From: a virus
Lineage: Duplodnaviria > Heunggongvirae > Uroviricota > Caudoviricetes
IMG/VR virus record: IMGVR_UViG_646564533_000005
DNA: 64,000 nt
Strand: one strand, 5' to 3'
This document shows positions 31,965-43,160 of this stretch, piece by piece. The translations under genes and the position numbers were made by a program. Within the stretch, counting starts at the first letter, position 1, and the number at the start of each line of letters is the position of its first letter. The notes under the pieces are model-generated. The model made no database searches and was not told the DNA's origin. It was given only the letters and a program-made list of their open reading frames with translations.

Positions 31965-32380
31965 GTTTTGCCCTGAAACTGGCGCGTGAGATGGGGCGAC
32001 CTGACTGGCGCGCCATGCTTGCCGGGATGTCATCCACGGAGTATGCCGACTGGCACCGCTTTTACAGTACCCATTATTTTCATGATGTTCTGCTGGATAT
32101 GCACTTTTCCGGGCTGACGTACACCGTGCTCAGCCTGTTTTTCAGCGATCCGGATATGCATCCGCTGGATTTCAGTCTGCTGAACCGGCGCGAGGCTGAC
32201 GAAGAGCCTGAAGATGATGTGCTGATGCAGAAAGCGGCAGGGCTTGCCGGAGGTGTCCGCTTTGGCCCGGACGGGAATGAAGTTATCCCTACTTCCCCGG
32301 ATGTGGCGGACATGACGGAGGATGATGTAATGCTGATGACAGTATCAGAAGGGATCGCAGGAGGAGTCCGGTATGGCTGA
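31946..32380 (+). CDS. T: tail assembly protein T (expressed as G-T fusion via -1 frameshift)
   Basis: -1 frame ORF overlapping the G 3' end. Confidence 0.8.
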   Translation: MFDGELSFALKLAREMGRPDWRAMLAGMSSTEYADWHRFYSTHYFHDVLLDMHFSGLTYTVLSLFFSDPDMHPLDFSLLNRREADEEPEDDVLMQKAAGLAGGVRFGPDGNEVIPTSPDVADMTEDDVMLMTVSEGIAGGVRYG

Positions 32381-34922
32381 ACCGGTAGGCGATCTGGTCG
32401 TTGATTTGAGTCTGGATGCGGCCAGATTTGACGAGCAGATGGCCAGAGTCAGGCGTCATTTTTCCGGTACGGAAAGTGATGCGAAAAAAACAGCGGCAGT
32501 CGTTGAACAGTCGCTGAGCCGACAGGCGCTGGCTGCACAGAAAGCGGGGATTTCCGTCGGGCAGTATAAAGCCGCCATGCGTATGCTGCCTGCACAGTTC
32601 ACCGACGTGGCCACGCAGCTTGCAGGCGGGCAAAGTCCGTGGCTGATCCTGCTGCAACAGGGTGGTCAGGTTAAGGACTCCTTCGGCGGGATGATCCCCA
32701 TGTTCAGGGGGCTTGCCGGTGCGATCACCCTGCCGATGGTGGGGGCCACCTCGCTGGCGGTGGCGACCGGTGCGCTGGCATATGCCTGGTATCAGGGCAA
32801 CTCAACCCTGTCCGATTTCAACAAAACGCTGGTCCTTTCCGGCAATCAGGCGGGACTGACGGCAGATCGTATGCTGGTCCTGTCCAGAGCCGGGCAGGCG
32901 GCAGGGCTGACGTTTAACCAGACCAGCGAGTCACTCAGCGCACTGGTTAAGGCGGGGGTAAGCGGTGAGGCTCAGATTGCGTCCATCAGCCAGAGTGTGG
33001 CGCGTTTCTCCTCTGCATCCGGCGTGGAGGTGGACAAGGTCGCTGAAGCCTTCGGGAAGCTGACCACAGACCCGACGTCGGGGCTGACGGCGATGGCACG
33101 CCAGTTCCATAACGTGACGGCGGAGCAGATTGCGTATGTTGCTCAGTTGCAGCGTTCCGGCGATGAAGCCGGGGCATTGCAGGCGGCGAACGAGGCCGCA
33201 ACGAAAGGGTTTGATGACCAGACCCGCCGCCTGAAAGAGAACATGGGCACGCTGGAGACCTGGGCAGACAGGACAGCGCGGGCATTCAAATCCATGTGGG
33301 ATGCGGTGCTGGATATTGGTCGTCCTGATACCGCGCAGGAGATGCTGATTAAGGCAGAGGCTGCGTTTAAGAAAGCAGACGACATCTGGAATCTGCGCAA
33401 GGATGATTATTTTGTTAACGATGAAGCGCGGGCGCGTTACTGGGATGATCGTGAAAAGGCCCGTCTTGCGCTTGAAGCCGCCCGAAAGAAGGCTGAGCAG
33501 CAGAGTCAACAGGACAAAAATGCGCAGCAGCAGAGCGATACCGAAGCGTCACGGCTGAAATACACCGAAGAGGCGCAGAAGGCTTACGAACGCCTGCAGA
33601 CGCCGCTGGAGAAATATACCGCCCGTCAGGAAGAACTGAATAAGGCACTGAAAGACGGGAAAATCCTGCAGGCAGATTACAACACGCTGATGGCGGCGGC
33701 GAAAAAGGACTATGAAGCGACGCTGAAAAAGCCGAAACAGTCCGGCGTGAAGGTGTCTGCGGGCGATCGTCAGGAAGACAGTGCTCATGCTGCCCTGCTG
33801 ACGCTTCAGGCTGAACTCCGGACGCTGGAGAAGCATGCCGGAGCAAATGAGAAAATCAGCCAGCAGCGCCGGGATTTGTGGAAGGCGGAGAGTCAGTTCG
33901 CGGTACTGGAGGAGGCGGCGCAACGTCGCCAGCTGTCTGCACAGGAGAAATCCCTGCTGGCGCATAAAGATGAGACGCTGGAGTATAAACGCCAGTTGGC
34001 TGCACTTGGCGACAAGGTTACGTATCAGGAGCGCCTGAACGCGCTGGCGCAGCAGGCGGATAAATTCGCACAGCAGCAACGGGCAAAACGGGCCGCTATT
34101 GATGCGAAAAGCCGGGGGCTGACTGACCGGCAGGCAGAACGGGAAGCCACGGAACAGCGCCTGAAGGAACAGTATGGCGATAATCCTCTGGCGCTGAATA
34201 ACGTCATGTCAGAGCAGAAAAAGACCTGGGCGGCTGAAGACCTGCTTCGCGGGAGCTGGATGGCAGGCCTCAGGTCCGGCTGGAGCGAGTGGAAAGAGAG
34301 TGCCACGGACAGTATGTCGCAGGTAAAAAGTGCAGCCACGCAGACCTTTGATGGTATTGCACAGAATATGGCGGCGATGCTGACCGGCAGTGAGCAGAAC
34401 TGGCGCAGCTTCACCCGTTCCGTGCTGTCCATGATGACAGAAATTCTGCTTAAGCAGGCAATGGTGGGGATTGTCGGGAGTATCGGCAGCGCCATTGGCG
34501 GCGGCGCATCAGCGTCAGGCGGTACAGCCATTCAGGCAGCTGCGGCGAAATTCCATTTTGCGGCCGGAGGGTTTACGGGAACCGGCGGCAAATATGAGCC
34601 AGCGGGGATTGTTCACCGTGGTGAATTTGTCTTCACGAAGGAGGCAACCAGCCGGATTGGCGTAGGAAATCTTTACCGGCTGATGCGCGGCTATGCCACC
34701 GGCGGTTATGTCGGTACACCGGGCAGCATGGCGGACAGCCGGTCGCAGGCGTCCGGGACGTTTGAGCAGAATAACCATGTGGTGATTAACAACGACGGCA
34801 CGAACGGTCAGATAGGGCCACAGGCACTGAAGGCGGTTTATGACGTAGCCCGTAAGGCGGCAATGGATGTTGTGACCGGGCAGATGCGCGATGGTGGTCT
34901 GTTCTCCGGAGGTGGACGATGA
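32373..34922 (+). CDS. H: tail tape-measure protein H
   Basis: 849 aa, lambda gpH-like. Confidence 0.95.
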   Translation: MAEPVGDLVVDLSLDAARFDEQMARVRRHFSGTESDAKKTAAVVEQSLSRQALAAQKAGISVGQYKAAMRMLPAQFTDVATQLAGGQSPWLILLQQGGQVKDSFGGMIPMFRGLAGAITLPMVGATSLAVATGALAYAWYQGNSTLSDFNKTLVLSGNQAGLTADRMLVLSRAGQAAGLTFNQTSESLSALVKAGVSGEAQIASISQSVARFSSASGVEVDKVAEAFGKLTTDPTSGLTAMARQFHNVTAEQIAYVAQLQRSGDEAGALQAANEAATKGFDDQTRRLKENMGTLETWADRTARAFKSMWDAVLDIGRPDTAQEMLIKAEAAFKKADDIWNLRKDDYFVNDEARARYWDDREKARLALEAARKKAEQQSQQDKNAQQQSDTEASRLKYTEEAQKAYERLQTPLEKYTARQEELNKALKDGKILQADYNTLMAAAKKDYEATLKKPKQSGVKVSAGDRQEDSAHAALLTLQAELRTLEKHAGANEKISQQRRDLWKAESQFAVLEEAAQRRQLSAQEKSLLAHKDETLEYKRQLAALGDKVTYQERLNALAQQADKFAQQQRAKRAAIDAKSRGLTDRQAEREATEQRLKEQYGDNPLALNNVMSEQKKTWAAEDLLRGSWMAGLRSGWSEWKESATDSMSQVKSAATQTFDGIAQNMAAMLTGSEQNWRSFTRSVLSMMTEILLKQAMVGIVGSIGSAIGGGASASGGTAIQAAAAKFHFAAGGFTGTGGKYEPAGIVHRGEFVFTKEATSRIGVGNLYRLMRGYATGGYVGTPGSMADSRSQASGTFEQNNHVVINNDGTNGQIGPQALKAVYDVARKAAMDVVTGQMRDGGLFSGGGR

Positions 34923-35248
34923 AAACCTTCCGCTGGAAAGTGAAACCCGGTATGGATGTGGCTTCGGCCCCTTCCGTAAGAAAGGTGCGCTTTGGTGATG
35001 GCTATTCCCAGCGAGCGCCTGCCGGGCTGAATGCCGACCTGAAAACGTACAGCGTGACGCTTTCTGTTCCCCGTTGGGAGGCCACGGCGCTTGAGTCGTT
35101 TCTGGCTGAGCACGGGGGCTGGAAATCCTTTCTGTGGACGCCGCCTTATGAGTGGCGGCAGATAAAGGTGACCTGCGCAAAATGGTCGTCGCGGGTCAGT
35201 ATGCTGCGTGTTGAGTTCAGCGCAGAGTTTGAACAGGTGGTGAACTGA
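34919..35248 (+). CDS. M: minor tail protein M
   Basis: 109 aa, lambda gpM-like. Confidence 0.95.
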   Translation: MKTFRWKVKPGMDVASAPSVRKVRFGDGYSQRAPAGLNADLKTYSVTLSVPRWEATALESFLAEHGGWKSFLWTPPYEWRQIKVTCAKWSSRVSMLRVEFSAEFEQVVN

Positions 35249-35946
35249 TGCAGGATATCCGGCAGGAAACACTGAATGAATGCACCCGTGCGGAGCAGTC
35301 GGCCAGCGTGGTGCTCTGGGAAATCGATCTGACAGAGGTCGGTGGAGAACGTTATTTTTTCTGTAATGAGCAGAACGAAAAAGGTGAGCCGGTCACCTGG
35401 CAGGGGCGACAGTATCAGCCGTATCCCATTCAGGGGAGTGGTTTTGAACTGAATGGCAAAGGCACCAGTACGCGCCCCACGCTGACGGTTTCTAACCTGT
35501 ACGGTATGGTCACCGGGATGGCGGAAGATCTGCAGAGTCTGGTCGGCGGAACGGTGGTCCGGCGTAAGGTTTACGCCCGTTTTCTGGATGCGGTGAACTT
35601 CGTCAACGGAAACAGTGACGCCGATCCGGAGCAGGAGGTGATCAGCCGCTGGCGCATTGAGCAGTGCAGCGAACTGAGCGCGGTCAGTGCCTCCTTTGTA
35701 CTGTCCACGCCGACGGAAACGGACGGCGCTGTTTTTCCGGGACGTATCATGCTGGCCAACACCTGCACCTGGACCTATCGCGGCGGTGAGTGCGGTTATC
35801 ACGGTCCGGCGGTCGCGGATGAATATGACCAGCCAACGTCCGATATCACGAAGGATAAATGCAGCAAATGCCTGAGCGGTTGTAAGTTCCGCAATAACGT
35901 CGGCAACTTTGGCGGCTTCCTTTCCATTAACAAACTTTCGCAGTAA
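35248..35946 (+). CDS. L: minor tail protein L
   Basis: 232 aa, lambda gpL-like (Cys cluster near the C-terminus). Confidence 0.95.
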   Translation: MQDIRQETLNECTRAEQSASVVLWEIDLTEVGGERYFFCNEQNEKGEPVTWQGRQYQPYPIQGSGFELNGKGTSTRPTLTVSNLYGMVTGMAEDLQSLVGGTVVRRKVYARFLDAVNFVNGNSDADPEQEVISRWRIEQCSELSAVSASFVLSTPTETDGAVFPGRIMLANTCTWTYRGGECGYHGPAVADEYDQPTSDITKDKCSKCLSGCKFRNNVGNFGGFLSINKLSQ

Positions 35947-35951
35947 ATCCC

Positions 35952-36695
35952 ATGACAAAGACAGAATCAGCGATTCTGGCGCACGCCCGGCGATGTGCGC
36001 CAGCGGAGTCGTGCGGCTTCGTGGTAAGCACGCCGGAGGGGGAAAGATATTTTCCCGGCGTGAATATTTCCGGTGAGCCAGAGGCGTATTTCCGTATGTC
36101 GCCGGAAGACTGGCTGCAGGCAGAAATGCAGGGTGAGATTGTGGCGCTGGTCCACAGCCACCCCGGTGGTCTGCCCTGGCTGAGTGAGGCCGACCGGCGG
36201 CTGCAGGTGCAGAGTGATTTGCCGTGGTGGCTGGTCTGCCGGGGGACGATTCATAAGTTCCGCTGTGTGCCGCATCTCACCGGGCGGCGCTTTGAGCACG
36301 GGGTGACGGACTGTTACACGCTGTTCCGGGATGCTTATCATCTGGCGGGGATTGAGATGCCGGATTTTCATCGCGGGGATGACTGGTGGCGTCACGGTCA
36401 GAATCTCTATCTGGATAATCTGGAGGCCACAGGGCTGTATCAGGTGCCGTTGTCATCAGCACAACCGGGCGATGTGCTGCTGTGCTGTTTTGGTTCATCG
36501 GTGCCGAATCATGCCGCCATTTACTGTGGTGATGGCGAGCTGCTGCACCATATTCCTGAACAACTGAGCAAACGAGAGAGGTATACCGACAAATGGCAGC
36601 GACGCACACACTCCCTCTGGCGTCACCGGGCATGGCGCGCATCTGCCTTTACGGGGATTTGCAACGATTTGGCCGCCGCATCGACCTTCGTGTGA
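35952..36695 (+). CDS. K: tail tip assembly protein K (MPN/JAB plus NlpC/P60 domains)
   Basis: 247 aa, lambda gpK-like. Confidence 0.9.
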   Translation: MTKTESAILAHARRCAPAESCGFVVSTPEGERYFPGVNISGEPEAYFRMSPEDWLQAEMQGEIVALVHSHPGGLPWLSEADRRLQVQSDLPWWLVCRGTIHKFRCVPHLTGRRFEHGVTDCYTLFRDAYHLAGIEMPDFHRGDDWWRHGQNLYLDNLEATGLYQVPLSSAQPGDVLLCCFGSSVPNHAAIYCGDGELLHHIPEQLSKRERYTDKWQRRTHSLWRHRAWRASAFTGICNDLAAASTFV

Positions 36696-37264
36696 AAACG
36701 GGGGCTGAAGCCATCCGCGCACTGGCCACACAGCTCCCGGTGTTTCGTCAGAAACTGAGCGACGGCTGGTATCAGGTACGGATTGCCGGGCGGGACGTCA
36801 GCACGTCCGGGTTAACGGCGCAGTTACATGAGACTCTGTCTGATGGCGCTGTGATTCATATTGTTCCCAGAGTCGCCGGGGCCAAGTCAGGTGGCGTATT
36901 CCAGATTGTCCTGGGGGCTGCCGCCATTGCCGGATCATTCTTTACCGCCGGAGCCACCCTTGCAGCATGGGGGGCAGCCATTGGGGCCGGTGGTATGACC
37001 GGCATCCTGTTTTCTCTCGGTGCCAGTATGGTGCTCGGTGGTGTGGCGCAGATGCTGGCACCGAAAGCCAGAACTCCCCGTACACAGACAACGGATAACG
37101 GCAAACAGAACACCTATTTCTCCTCACTGGATAACATGGTTGCCCAGGGTAATCCGCTACCGGTGCTGTACGGTGAAATGCGCGTGGGGTCACGCGTGGT
37201 TTCTCAGGAGATCAGCACGGCAGACGAAGGGGATGGTGGTCAGGTTGTGGTGATTGGTCGCTGA
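36593..37264 (+). CDS. I: tail assembly protein I
   Basis: 223 aa, lambda gpI-like; overlaps the K 3' end. Confidence 0.85.
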   Translation: MAATHTLPLASPGMARICLYGDLQRFGRRIDLRVKTGAEAIRALATQLPVFRQKLSDGWYQVRIAGRDVSTSGLTAQLHETLSDGAVIHIVPRVAGAKSGGVFQIVLGAAAIAGSFFTAGATLAAWGAAIGAGGMTGILFSLGASMVLGGVAQMLAPKARTPRTQTTDNGKQNTYFSSLDNMVAQGNPLPVLYGEMRVGSRVVSQEISTADEGDGGQVVVIGR

Positions 37265-37324
37265 TGCAAAATGTTTTATGTGAAACCGCCTGCGGGCGGT
37301 TTTATCGTTTATGGAGCATGACGA

Positions 37325-40300
37325 ATGGGTAAAGGCAGCAGTAAGGGGCATACCCCGCGCGAAGCGAAGGACAACCTGAAGTCCACACAGCTGCTGAGTG
37401 TGATCGATGCCATCAGCGAAGGGCCGGTTGAAGGTCCGGTGGATGGATTAAAAAGCGTGCTGCTGAACAGTACGCCGGTGCTGGACAGTGAGGGGAATAC
37501 CAATATATCCGGCGTCACGGTGGTGTTCCGGGCCGGTGAGCAGGAGCAGACACCGCCGGAGGGATTTGAATCCTCCGGCTCCGAGACGGTGCTCGGTACA
37601 GAAGTGAAATATGACACGCCGATCACCCGGACCATCACGTCGGCAAACATTGACCGTCTGCGTTTTACTTTCGGCGTGCAGGCACTGGTGGAAACCACCT
37701 CAAAGGGGGACAGGAATCCATCGGAAGTCCGCCTGCTGGTTCAGATACAACGTAACGGTGGCTGGGTGACGGAAAAAGACATCACCATTAAGGGCAAAAC
37801 CACCTCACAGTATCTGGCCTCGGTTGTGGTGGATAACCTGCCGCCGCGCCCGTTTAATATCCGGATGCGCAGGATGACGCCGGACAGCACCACAGACCAG
37901 CTGCAGAACAAAACGCTCTGGTCGTCATACACCGAAATTATCGATGTGAAACAGTGCTACCCGAACACGGCACTGGTCGGCGTGCAGGTGGACTCGGAGC
38001 AGTTCGGCAGCCAGCAGGTGAGCCGTAATTATCATCTGCGCGGGCGTATTCTGCAGGTGCCGTCGAATTATAACCCGCAGACGCGGCAATACAGCGGTAT
38101 CTGGGACGGAACGTTTAAACCGGCATACAGCAACAACATGGCCTGGTGTCTGTGGGATATGCTGACCCATCCGCGCTACGGCATGGGGAAACGTCTTGGT
38201 GCAGCGGATGTGGATAAATGGGCGCTGTATGTCATCGGCCAGTACTGCGACCAGTCAGTGCCGGACGGCTTTGGCGGCACGGAGCCGCGCATCACCTGTA
38301 ATGCGTACCTGACCACACAGCGCAAGGCGTGGGATGTGCTCAGTGATTTTTGCTCGGCGATGCGCTGTATGCCGGTATGGAACGGGCAGACGCTGACGTT
38401 CGTGCAGGACCGACCGTCGGATAAGGTGTGGACCTATAACCGCAGTAATGTGGTGATGCCGGATGATGGCGCGCCGTTCCGCTACAGCTTCAGCGCCCTG
38501 AAGGACCGCCATAATGCCGTTGAGGTGAACTGGATTGACCCGAACAACGGCTGGGAGACGGCAACAGAGCTTGTGGAGGACACGCAGGCCATTGCCCGTT
38601 ACGGTCGTAACGTCACGAAGATGGATGCCTTTGGCTGTACCAGCCGGGGGCAGGCACACCGCGCCGGGCTGTGGCTGATTAAAACAGAACTGCTGGAAAC
38701 GCAGACCGTGGACTTCAGCGTGGGTGCTGAAGGGCTTCGCCATGTACCGGGCGATGTCATTGAAATCTGCGATGATGACTATGCCGGTATCCGCATCGGC
38801 GGGCGCGTGCTGGCGGTAAACAGCCAGACCCGGACGCTGACGCTCGACCGTGAAATCACGCTGCCATCTTCCGGCACCACGCTGATAAGCCTGGTTGACG
38901 GGCAGGGGAGTCCGGTCAGCGTGGAGGTCCAGTCCGTCACCGACGGCGTGAAGGTGAAAGTGAGCCGTGTTCCTGACGGCGTTGCAGAATACAGCGTGTG
39001 GGGGCTGAAGCTGCCGACGCTGCGCCAGCGCCTGTTCCGCTGCGTGAGTATCCGTGAGAACGATGACGGCACGTATGCCATCACCGCCGTGCAGCATGTG
39101 CCGGAGAAAGAGGCCATCGTGGATAACGGGGCGCACTTTGACGGCGACCAGAGCGGCACGGTGAATGGTGTCACGCCGCCAGCGGTGCAGCACCTGACTG
39201 CTGAAGTCACCGCAGACAGCGGGGAGTATCAGGTACTGGCCCGCTGGGACACGCCGAAGGTGGTGAAGGGCGTGAGCTTCCTGCTCCGTCTGACCGTAAC
39301 AGCGGATGACGGCAGTGAGCGGCTGGTCAGCACGGCCCGGACGGCGGAAACCACATACCGCTTCACGCAACTGGCGCTGGGGAACTACAGGCTGACAGTC
39401 CGGGCAGTAAATGCCTGGGGACAGCAGGGAGACCCGGCGTCGGTATCGTTTCGGATTGCCGCCCCGGCAGCGCCGTCGCGGATTGAGCTGACACCGGGCT
39501 ATTTTCAGATAACCGCCACGCCGCATCTTGCGGTTTATGACCCGACGGTACAGTTTGAGTTCTGGTTCTCGGAAAAACGGATTACCGATATCAGGCAGGT
39601 TGAAACCACAGCCCGCTACCTTGGTACGGGACTGTACTGGATAGCCGCCAGTATCAATATCAAACCGGGCCATGATTATTATTTTTACGTTCGCAGTGTG
39701 AACACCGTTGGCAAATCGGCATTCGTGGAGGCCGTCGGTCGGGCGAGCGATGATGCGGAAGGTTACCTGGATTTTTTCAAAGGCAAGATAACCGAATCCC
39801 ATCTCGGCAAGGAGCTGCTGGAAAAAGTCGACCTGACGGAGGATAACGCCAGCAGACTGGATGAGTTTTCGAAAGAGTGGAAGGACGCTAACGATAAATG
39901 GAATGCCATGTGGGGCGTCAAAATTGAGCAGACCAAAGACGGCAAACATTATGTCGCGGGTATTGGCCTCAGCATGGAGGACACGGAGGAAGGCAAGCTG
40001 AGCCAGTTTCTGGTTGCCGCCAATCGTATCGCGTTTATTGACCCGGCAAACGGGAATGAAACGCCGATGTTTGTGGCGCAGGGCAATCAGATATTCATGA
40101 ACGACGTGTTCCTGAAGCGCCTGACGGCCCCGACCATTACCAGCGGCGGCAATCCTCCGGCATTTTCCCTGACACCGGACGGGCGGCTGACGGCGAAAAA
40201 CGCTGATATCAGCGGTAACGTGAATGCGAACTCAGGAACGCTCAACAATGTCACGATTAACCAGAACTGTACGATTAAGGGCATGCTGGAGGCGACCCAG

Positions 40301-40738
40301 GTCAGAGGGGATTTCGTTAAAGCTGTATCAAAAGCCTTCCCGAAAAAAGTCGGTACGTGGGGTAACACGGAAACGCCAGACGGGACGGTTACAGTCACCA
40401 TCAGCGATGATCATAACTTTGACCGTCAGATTATTATCCCGCCCATTATCTTTAACGGTATAGCGTATACCGATCCGGGAAGTGGTAATAACCCGGGAGG
40501 TACAAGGTACACGGGTTATGGATTTGAAGTTCGCAAAAACGGCGTATTAATCGCATCCAGAGAAACTAAAGGGGCCATTCCCGGTAGTTACAGTGCGGTT
40601 ATTGATATGCCGAGTGGGCGAGGTAGCGTCACTCTGGAGTTTAAGATTTACCAGAAAGGCAATCAGGGGGCAGGCAATATCACCGACTGTACGGTGATTG
40701 TGACCAAAAAAGCGGCTTCCGGCATCAGTATCCGTTGA
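37325..40738 (+). CDS. J: tail tip/host specificity protein J
   Basis: 1137 aa, lambda gpJ-like throughout. Confidence 0.95.
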   Translation: MGKGSSKGHTPREAKDNLKSTQLLSVIDAISEGPVEGPVDGLKSVLLNSTPVLDSEGNTNISGVTVVFRAGEQEQTPPEGFESSGSETVLGTEVKYDTPITRTITSANIDRLRFTFGVQALVETTSKGDRNPSEVRLLVQIQRNGGWVTEKDITIKGKTTSQYLASVVVDNLPPRPFNIRMRRMTPDSTTDQLQNKTLWSSYTEIIDVKQCYPNTALVGVQVDSEQFGSQQVSRNYHLRGRILQVPSNYNPQTRQYSGIWDGTFKPAYSNNMAWCLWDMLTHPRYGMGKRLGAADVDKWALYVIGQYCDQSVPDGFGGTEPRITCNAYLTTQRKAWDVLSDFCSAMRCMPVWNGQTLTFVQDRPSDKVWTYNRSNVVMPDDGAPFRYSFSALKDRHNAVEVNWIDPNNGWETATELVEDTQAIARYGRNVTKMDAFGCTSRGQAHRAGLWLIKTELLETQTVDFSVGAEGLRHVPGDVIEICDDDYAGIRIGGRVLAVNSQTRTLTLDREITLPSSGTTLISLVDGQGSPVSVEVQSVTDGVKVKVSRVPDGVAEYSVWGLKLPTLRQRLFRCVSIRENDDGTYAITAVQHVPEKEAIVDNGAHFDGDQSGTVNGVTPPAVQHLTAEVTADSGEYQVLARWDTPKVVKGVSFLLRLTVTADDGSERLVSTARTAETTYRFTQLALGNYRLTVRAVNAWGQQGDPASVSFRIAAPAAPSRIELTPGYFQITATPHLAVYDPTVQFEFWFSEKRITDIRQVETTARYLGTGLYWIAASINIKPGHDYYFYVRSVNTVGKSAFVEAVGRASDDAEGYLDFFKGKITESHLGKELLEKVDLTEDNASRLDEFSKEWKDANDKWNAMWGVKIEQTKDGKHYVAGIGLSMEDTEEGKLSQFLVAANRIAFIDPANGNETPMFVAQGNQIFMNDVFLKRLTAPTITSGGNPPAFSLTPDGRLTAKNADISGNVNANSGTLNNVTINQNCTIKGMLEATQVRGDFVKAVSKAFPKKVGTWGNTETPDGTVTVTISDDHNFDRQIIIPPIIFNGIAYTDPGSGNNPGGTRYTGYGFEVRKNGVLIASRETKGAIPGSYSAVIDMPSGRGSVTLEFKIYQKGNQGAGNITDCTVIVTKKAASGISIR

Positions 40739-40760
40739 AATATTTATAACCCTAATAACG

Positions 40761-40786
40761 GGCGCCAGAAATGGCGCCTTTTTTAT
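40761..40786 (+). terminator. rho-independent terminator after J
   Basis: GGCGCC-agaaat-GGCGCC hairpin followed by T7. Confidence 0.7.
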
Positions 40787-40808
40787 TGCAGAAAATCGGG
40801 AGGTAATT

Positions 40809-41408
40809 ATGCGTAAAGTTTGTGCAGCAATTTTGTCCGCAGCCATTTGTCTGGCCGTATCCGGTGTGCCTGCATGGGCGTCTGAGCATCAGTCCACGCT
40901 GAGCGCAGGATATCTTCATGCCAGTACGGACGCTCCCGGCAGCGATGATCTGAACGGGATTAACGTGAAATACCGTTATGAGTTTACGGACACACTGGGG
41001 CTGATTACGTCCTTCAGTTATGCCAACGCCGAAGATGAGCAAAAAACGCATTACAGCGATACCCGCTGGCATGAGGATTACGTGCGTAACCGCTGGTTCA
41101 GCGTGATGGCAGGGCCGTCTGTGCGTGTGAATGAATGGTTCAGTGCGTATGCGATGGCGGGTGTGGCTTACAGCCGTGTGTCGACTTTTTCCGGGGATTA
41201 TTTCCGCGTAACTGACAACAAGAGGAAAACGCACGACGTGCTGACCGGAAGTGATGACGCTCGCTACAGCAACACATCTCTGGCGTGGGGGGCTGGCGTG
41301 CAGTTTAACCCGACCGAATCAGTGGCCGTTGATGTCGCTTATGAAGGCTCCGGCAGCGGTGACTGGCGCACTGACGGTTTCATCGTGGGTGTCGGTTATA
41401 AATTTTGA
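40809..41408 (+). CDS. lom: Lom outer-membrane protein (Ail/Lom family)
   Basis: signal peptide; beta-barrel ending ...GFIVGVGYKF. Confidence 0.9.
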   Translation: MRKVCAAILSAAICLAVSGVPAWASEHQSTLSAGYLHASTDAPGSDDLNGINVKYRYEFTDTLGLITSFSYANAEDEQKTHYSDTRWHEDYVRNRWFSVMAGPSVRVNEWFSAYAMAGVAYSRVSTFSGDYFRVTDNKRKTHDVLTGSDDARYSNTSLAWGAGVQFNPTESVAVDVAYEGSGSGDWRTDGFIVGVGYKF

Positions 41409-41429
41409 TTAGTAACACAGCGTTATGAC

Positions 41430-41456
41430 AGCCCGCCGGTTCAGGCGGGCTTTTTT
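41430..41456 (+). terminator. rho-independent terminator after lom
   Basis: GCCCGCC-ggttcag-GCGGGC hairpin followed by T6. Confidence 0.7.
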
Positions 41457-41467
41457 GTGGAGTGGGT

Positions 41468-42784
41468 ATGGCAGCAGTACAAATATCAGGCGTGCTGAAA
41501 GATGGTGCGGGAAAACCAATACAGAACTGCACCATTCAACTGAAAGCCAGACGTAACAGCACCACGGTGGTGGTGAACACGGTGGCCTCTGAAAATCCGG
41601 ATGAGGCAGGGCGTTACAGCATGGACGTCGAGTATGGTCAGTACAGCGTCACTCTGTTGGTGGAGGGATTCCCGCCATCACATGCCGGGACCATCTCCGT
41701 GTATGAAGATTCTCAACCGGGTACGCTGAATGATTTTCTCGGTGCCATGACGGAGGATGATGCCCGTCCGGAGGCACTGCGTCGTTTTGAACAGATGGTG
41801 GAAGAAGCAGCGCGTCACGCAGAGGAGGCGAAGAAGAATGCCGGAGAAGCAGAGACGTCCGCGAGGAATGCCGGCATATCAGCCAGTAAGGCGGAAGCGA
41901 GCGCCGCAAATGCTGATACTTCAGCAGAGGATGCATCGGAGTCAGCCCGGCAGGCGGCAGAAAGTGCAGCCTCTGCAAAGAAGTCAGAGGAAGCGTCCTC
42001 GTCCTCAGCCTCTGAGGCCGCTCAAAAAGCCAGTGAGTCATTACAAAGTGCAACAGATGCCGAGTTGTCAAAAAAGACGGCAGAAAGTGCAGCCGGTAAT
42101 GCAGCCAGGGATGCAACGACCGCAACAGAAAAAGCCCGGGAATCAGCAGAAAGCGCACAGTCAGCGGAACAAAGCAGAATAGCGGCGGAAGACGCCGTAA
42201 ACAGAATTCCCACCGTGGTGGGGCCTCCCGGACCAAAGGGGGAACCGGGTCCCGCGGGTCCTCAGGGGCCGAAGGGAGATAAAGGAGAGCGTGGAGACAC
42301 CGGTCCGGCAGGGGCAACCGGTGAACGGGGACCGGGAGGAGATACAGGTCCGGCAGGTCCGCAGGGGCCGAAAGGCGACAGGGGAGAGCGGGGAGAGACC
42401 GGTCTGACAGGAAGTACAGGTCCACAGGGACCAAAGGGAGATACCGGGGCAACAGGTCCGGCAGGACCGCAGGGACCGAAAGGGGAAACAGGTGCGGCTG
42501 GCCCGGTGGGGGCTACCGGACCTCAGGGGGCGAAGGGCGACCCGGGGGAGACACAAATCCGTTTTCGTCTGGGGCCGGCGAGCATTATTGAGACAAACAG
42601 CTATGGCTGGTTCCCGGGTACAGATGGTGCGCTCATCACCGGACTGACCTTTCTTGACCCCAAAGATGCCACACAGGTTCAGGGGATGTTTCAGCATTTG
42701 CAGGTCAGATTTGGTGACGGGCCATGGCAGGATGTTAAGGGACTGGATGAAGTGGGCAGTGATACAGGCAGAACTGGAGAATGA
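41468..42784 (+). CDS. stf: side tail fiber protein with collagen-like Gly-X-Y repeat tract
   Basis: N-terminal about 100 aa matches lambda Stf; central Ala/Ser/Glu-rich region; long (GPXGXKGEX) triplet run; divergent C-terminal tip. Confidence 0.85.
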   Translation: MAAVQISGVLKDGAGKPIQNCTIQLKARRNSTTVVVNTVASENPDEAGRYSMDVEYGQYSVTLLVEGFPPSHAGTISVYEDSQPGTLNDFLGAMTEDDARPEALRRFEQMVEEAARHAEEAKKNAGEAETSARNAGISASKAEASAANADTSAEDASESARQAAESAASAKKSEEASSSSASEAAQKASESLQSATDAELSKKTAESAAGNAARDATTATEKARESAESAQSAEQSRIAAEDAVNRIPTVVGPPGPKGEPGPAGPQGPKGDKGERGDTGPAGATGERGPGGDTGPAGPQGPKGDRGERGETGLTGSTGPQGPKGDTGATGPAGPQGPKGETGAAGPVGATGPQGAKGDPGETQIRFRLGPASIIETNSYGWFPGTDGALITGLTFLDPKDATQVQGMFQHLQVRFGDGPWQDVKGLDEVGSDTGRTGE

Positions 42785-42785
42785 C

Positions 42786-43055
42786 ATGAATATTTTGAGA
42801 AAGCTTATGCAGAGTCTGTGCGGTTGCGGAAAGCATGATGACTGTGAAAACGGACGGTCACTTACAGCACAATTGCGACTGGGACCGGCAGACATTCTGG
42901 AGTCAGATGAGAATGGCATTATTCCGGAGCAGGACAGGGTAATCACACAGGTGGTGATACTGGATGCAGATAAAAAGCAGATACAGTGTGTGGTAAGACC
43001 GCTGCAAATCCTGCGTGCTGACGGGACGTGGGAAAATGTTGGCGGAATGAAATAG
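42786..43055 (+). CDS. small protein downstream of stf sharing a C-terminal-like motif with the Stf tip (not a canonical Tfa)
   Basis: LRLGPADILESDENG versus Stf [15 protein letters not shown]; starts 2 nt after the stf stop. Confidence 0.45.
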   Translation: MNILRKLMQSLCGCGKHDDCENGRSLTAQLRLGPADILESDENGIIPEQDRVITQVVILDADKKQIQCVVRPLQILRADGTWENVGGMK

Positions 43056-43074
43056 CCGACGGGTTCACAAAAAA

Positions 43075-43097
43075 CCGGAGGCCGGCTCCGGTTTTTG
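43075..43097 (+). terminator. rho-independent terminator ending the late operon
   Basis: CCGGAG-gccgg-CTCCGG hairpin followed by TTTTTG. Confidence 0.7.
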
Positions 43098-43160
43098 TTG
43101 TCATGCCATGGTGATGTTTGTTATGAAGACTTGAGGGAATATTTATCCGTATGAAGGAAT

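Noticed and set aside
33415-35272. Several 140-220-aa minus-strand ORFs
   Set aside because: All are antisense to the tape-measure H and M/L genes, with no RBS and biased composition; taken as spurious.
38255-39949. 564-aa minus-strand ORF
   Set aside because: Lies entirely antisense within the well-supported gpJ gene; Arg/His/Pro-rich low-complexity translation typical of a GC-rich antisense frame.
41649-42452. 267-aa minus-strand proline-rich ORF
   Set aside because: Antisense to the stf collagen-repeat tract; a repeat-driven artefact.
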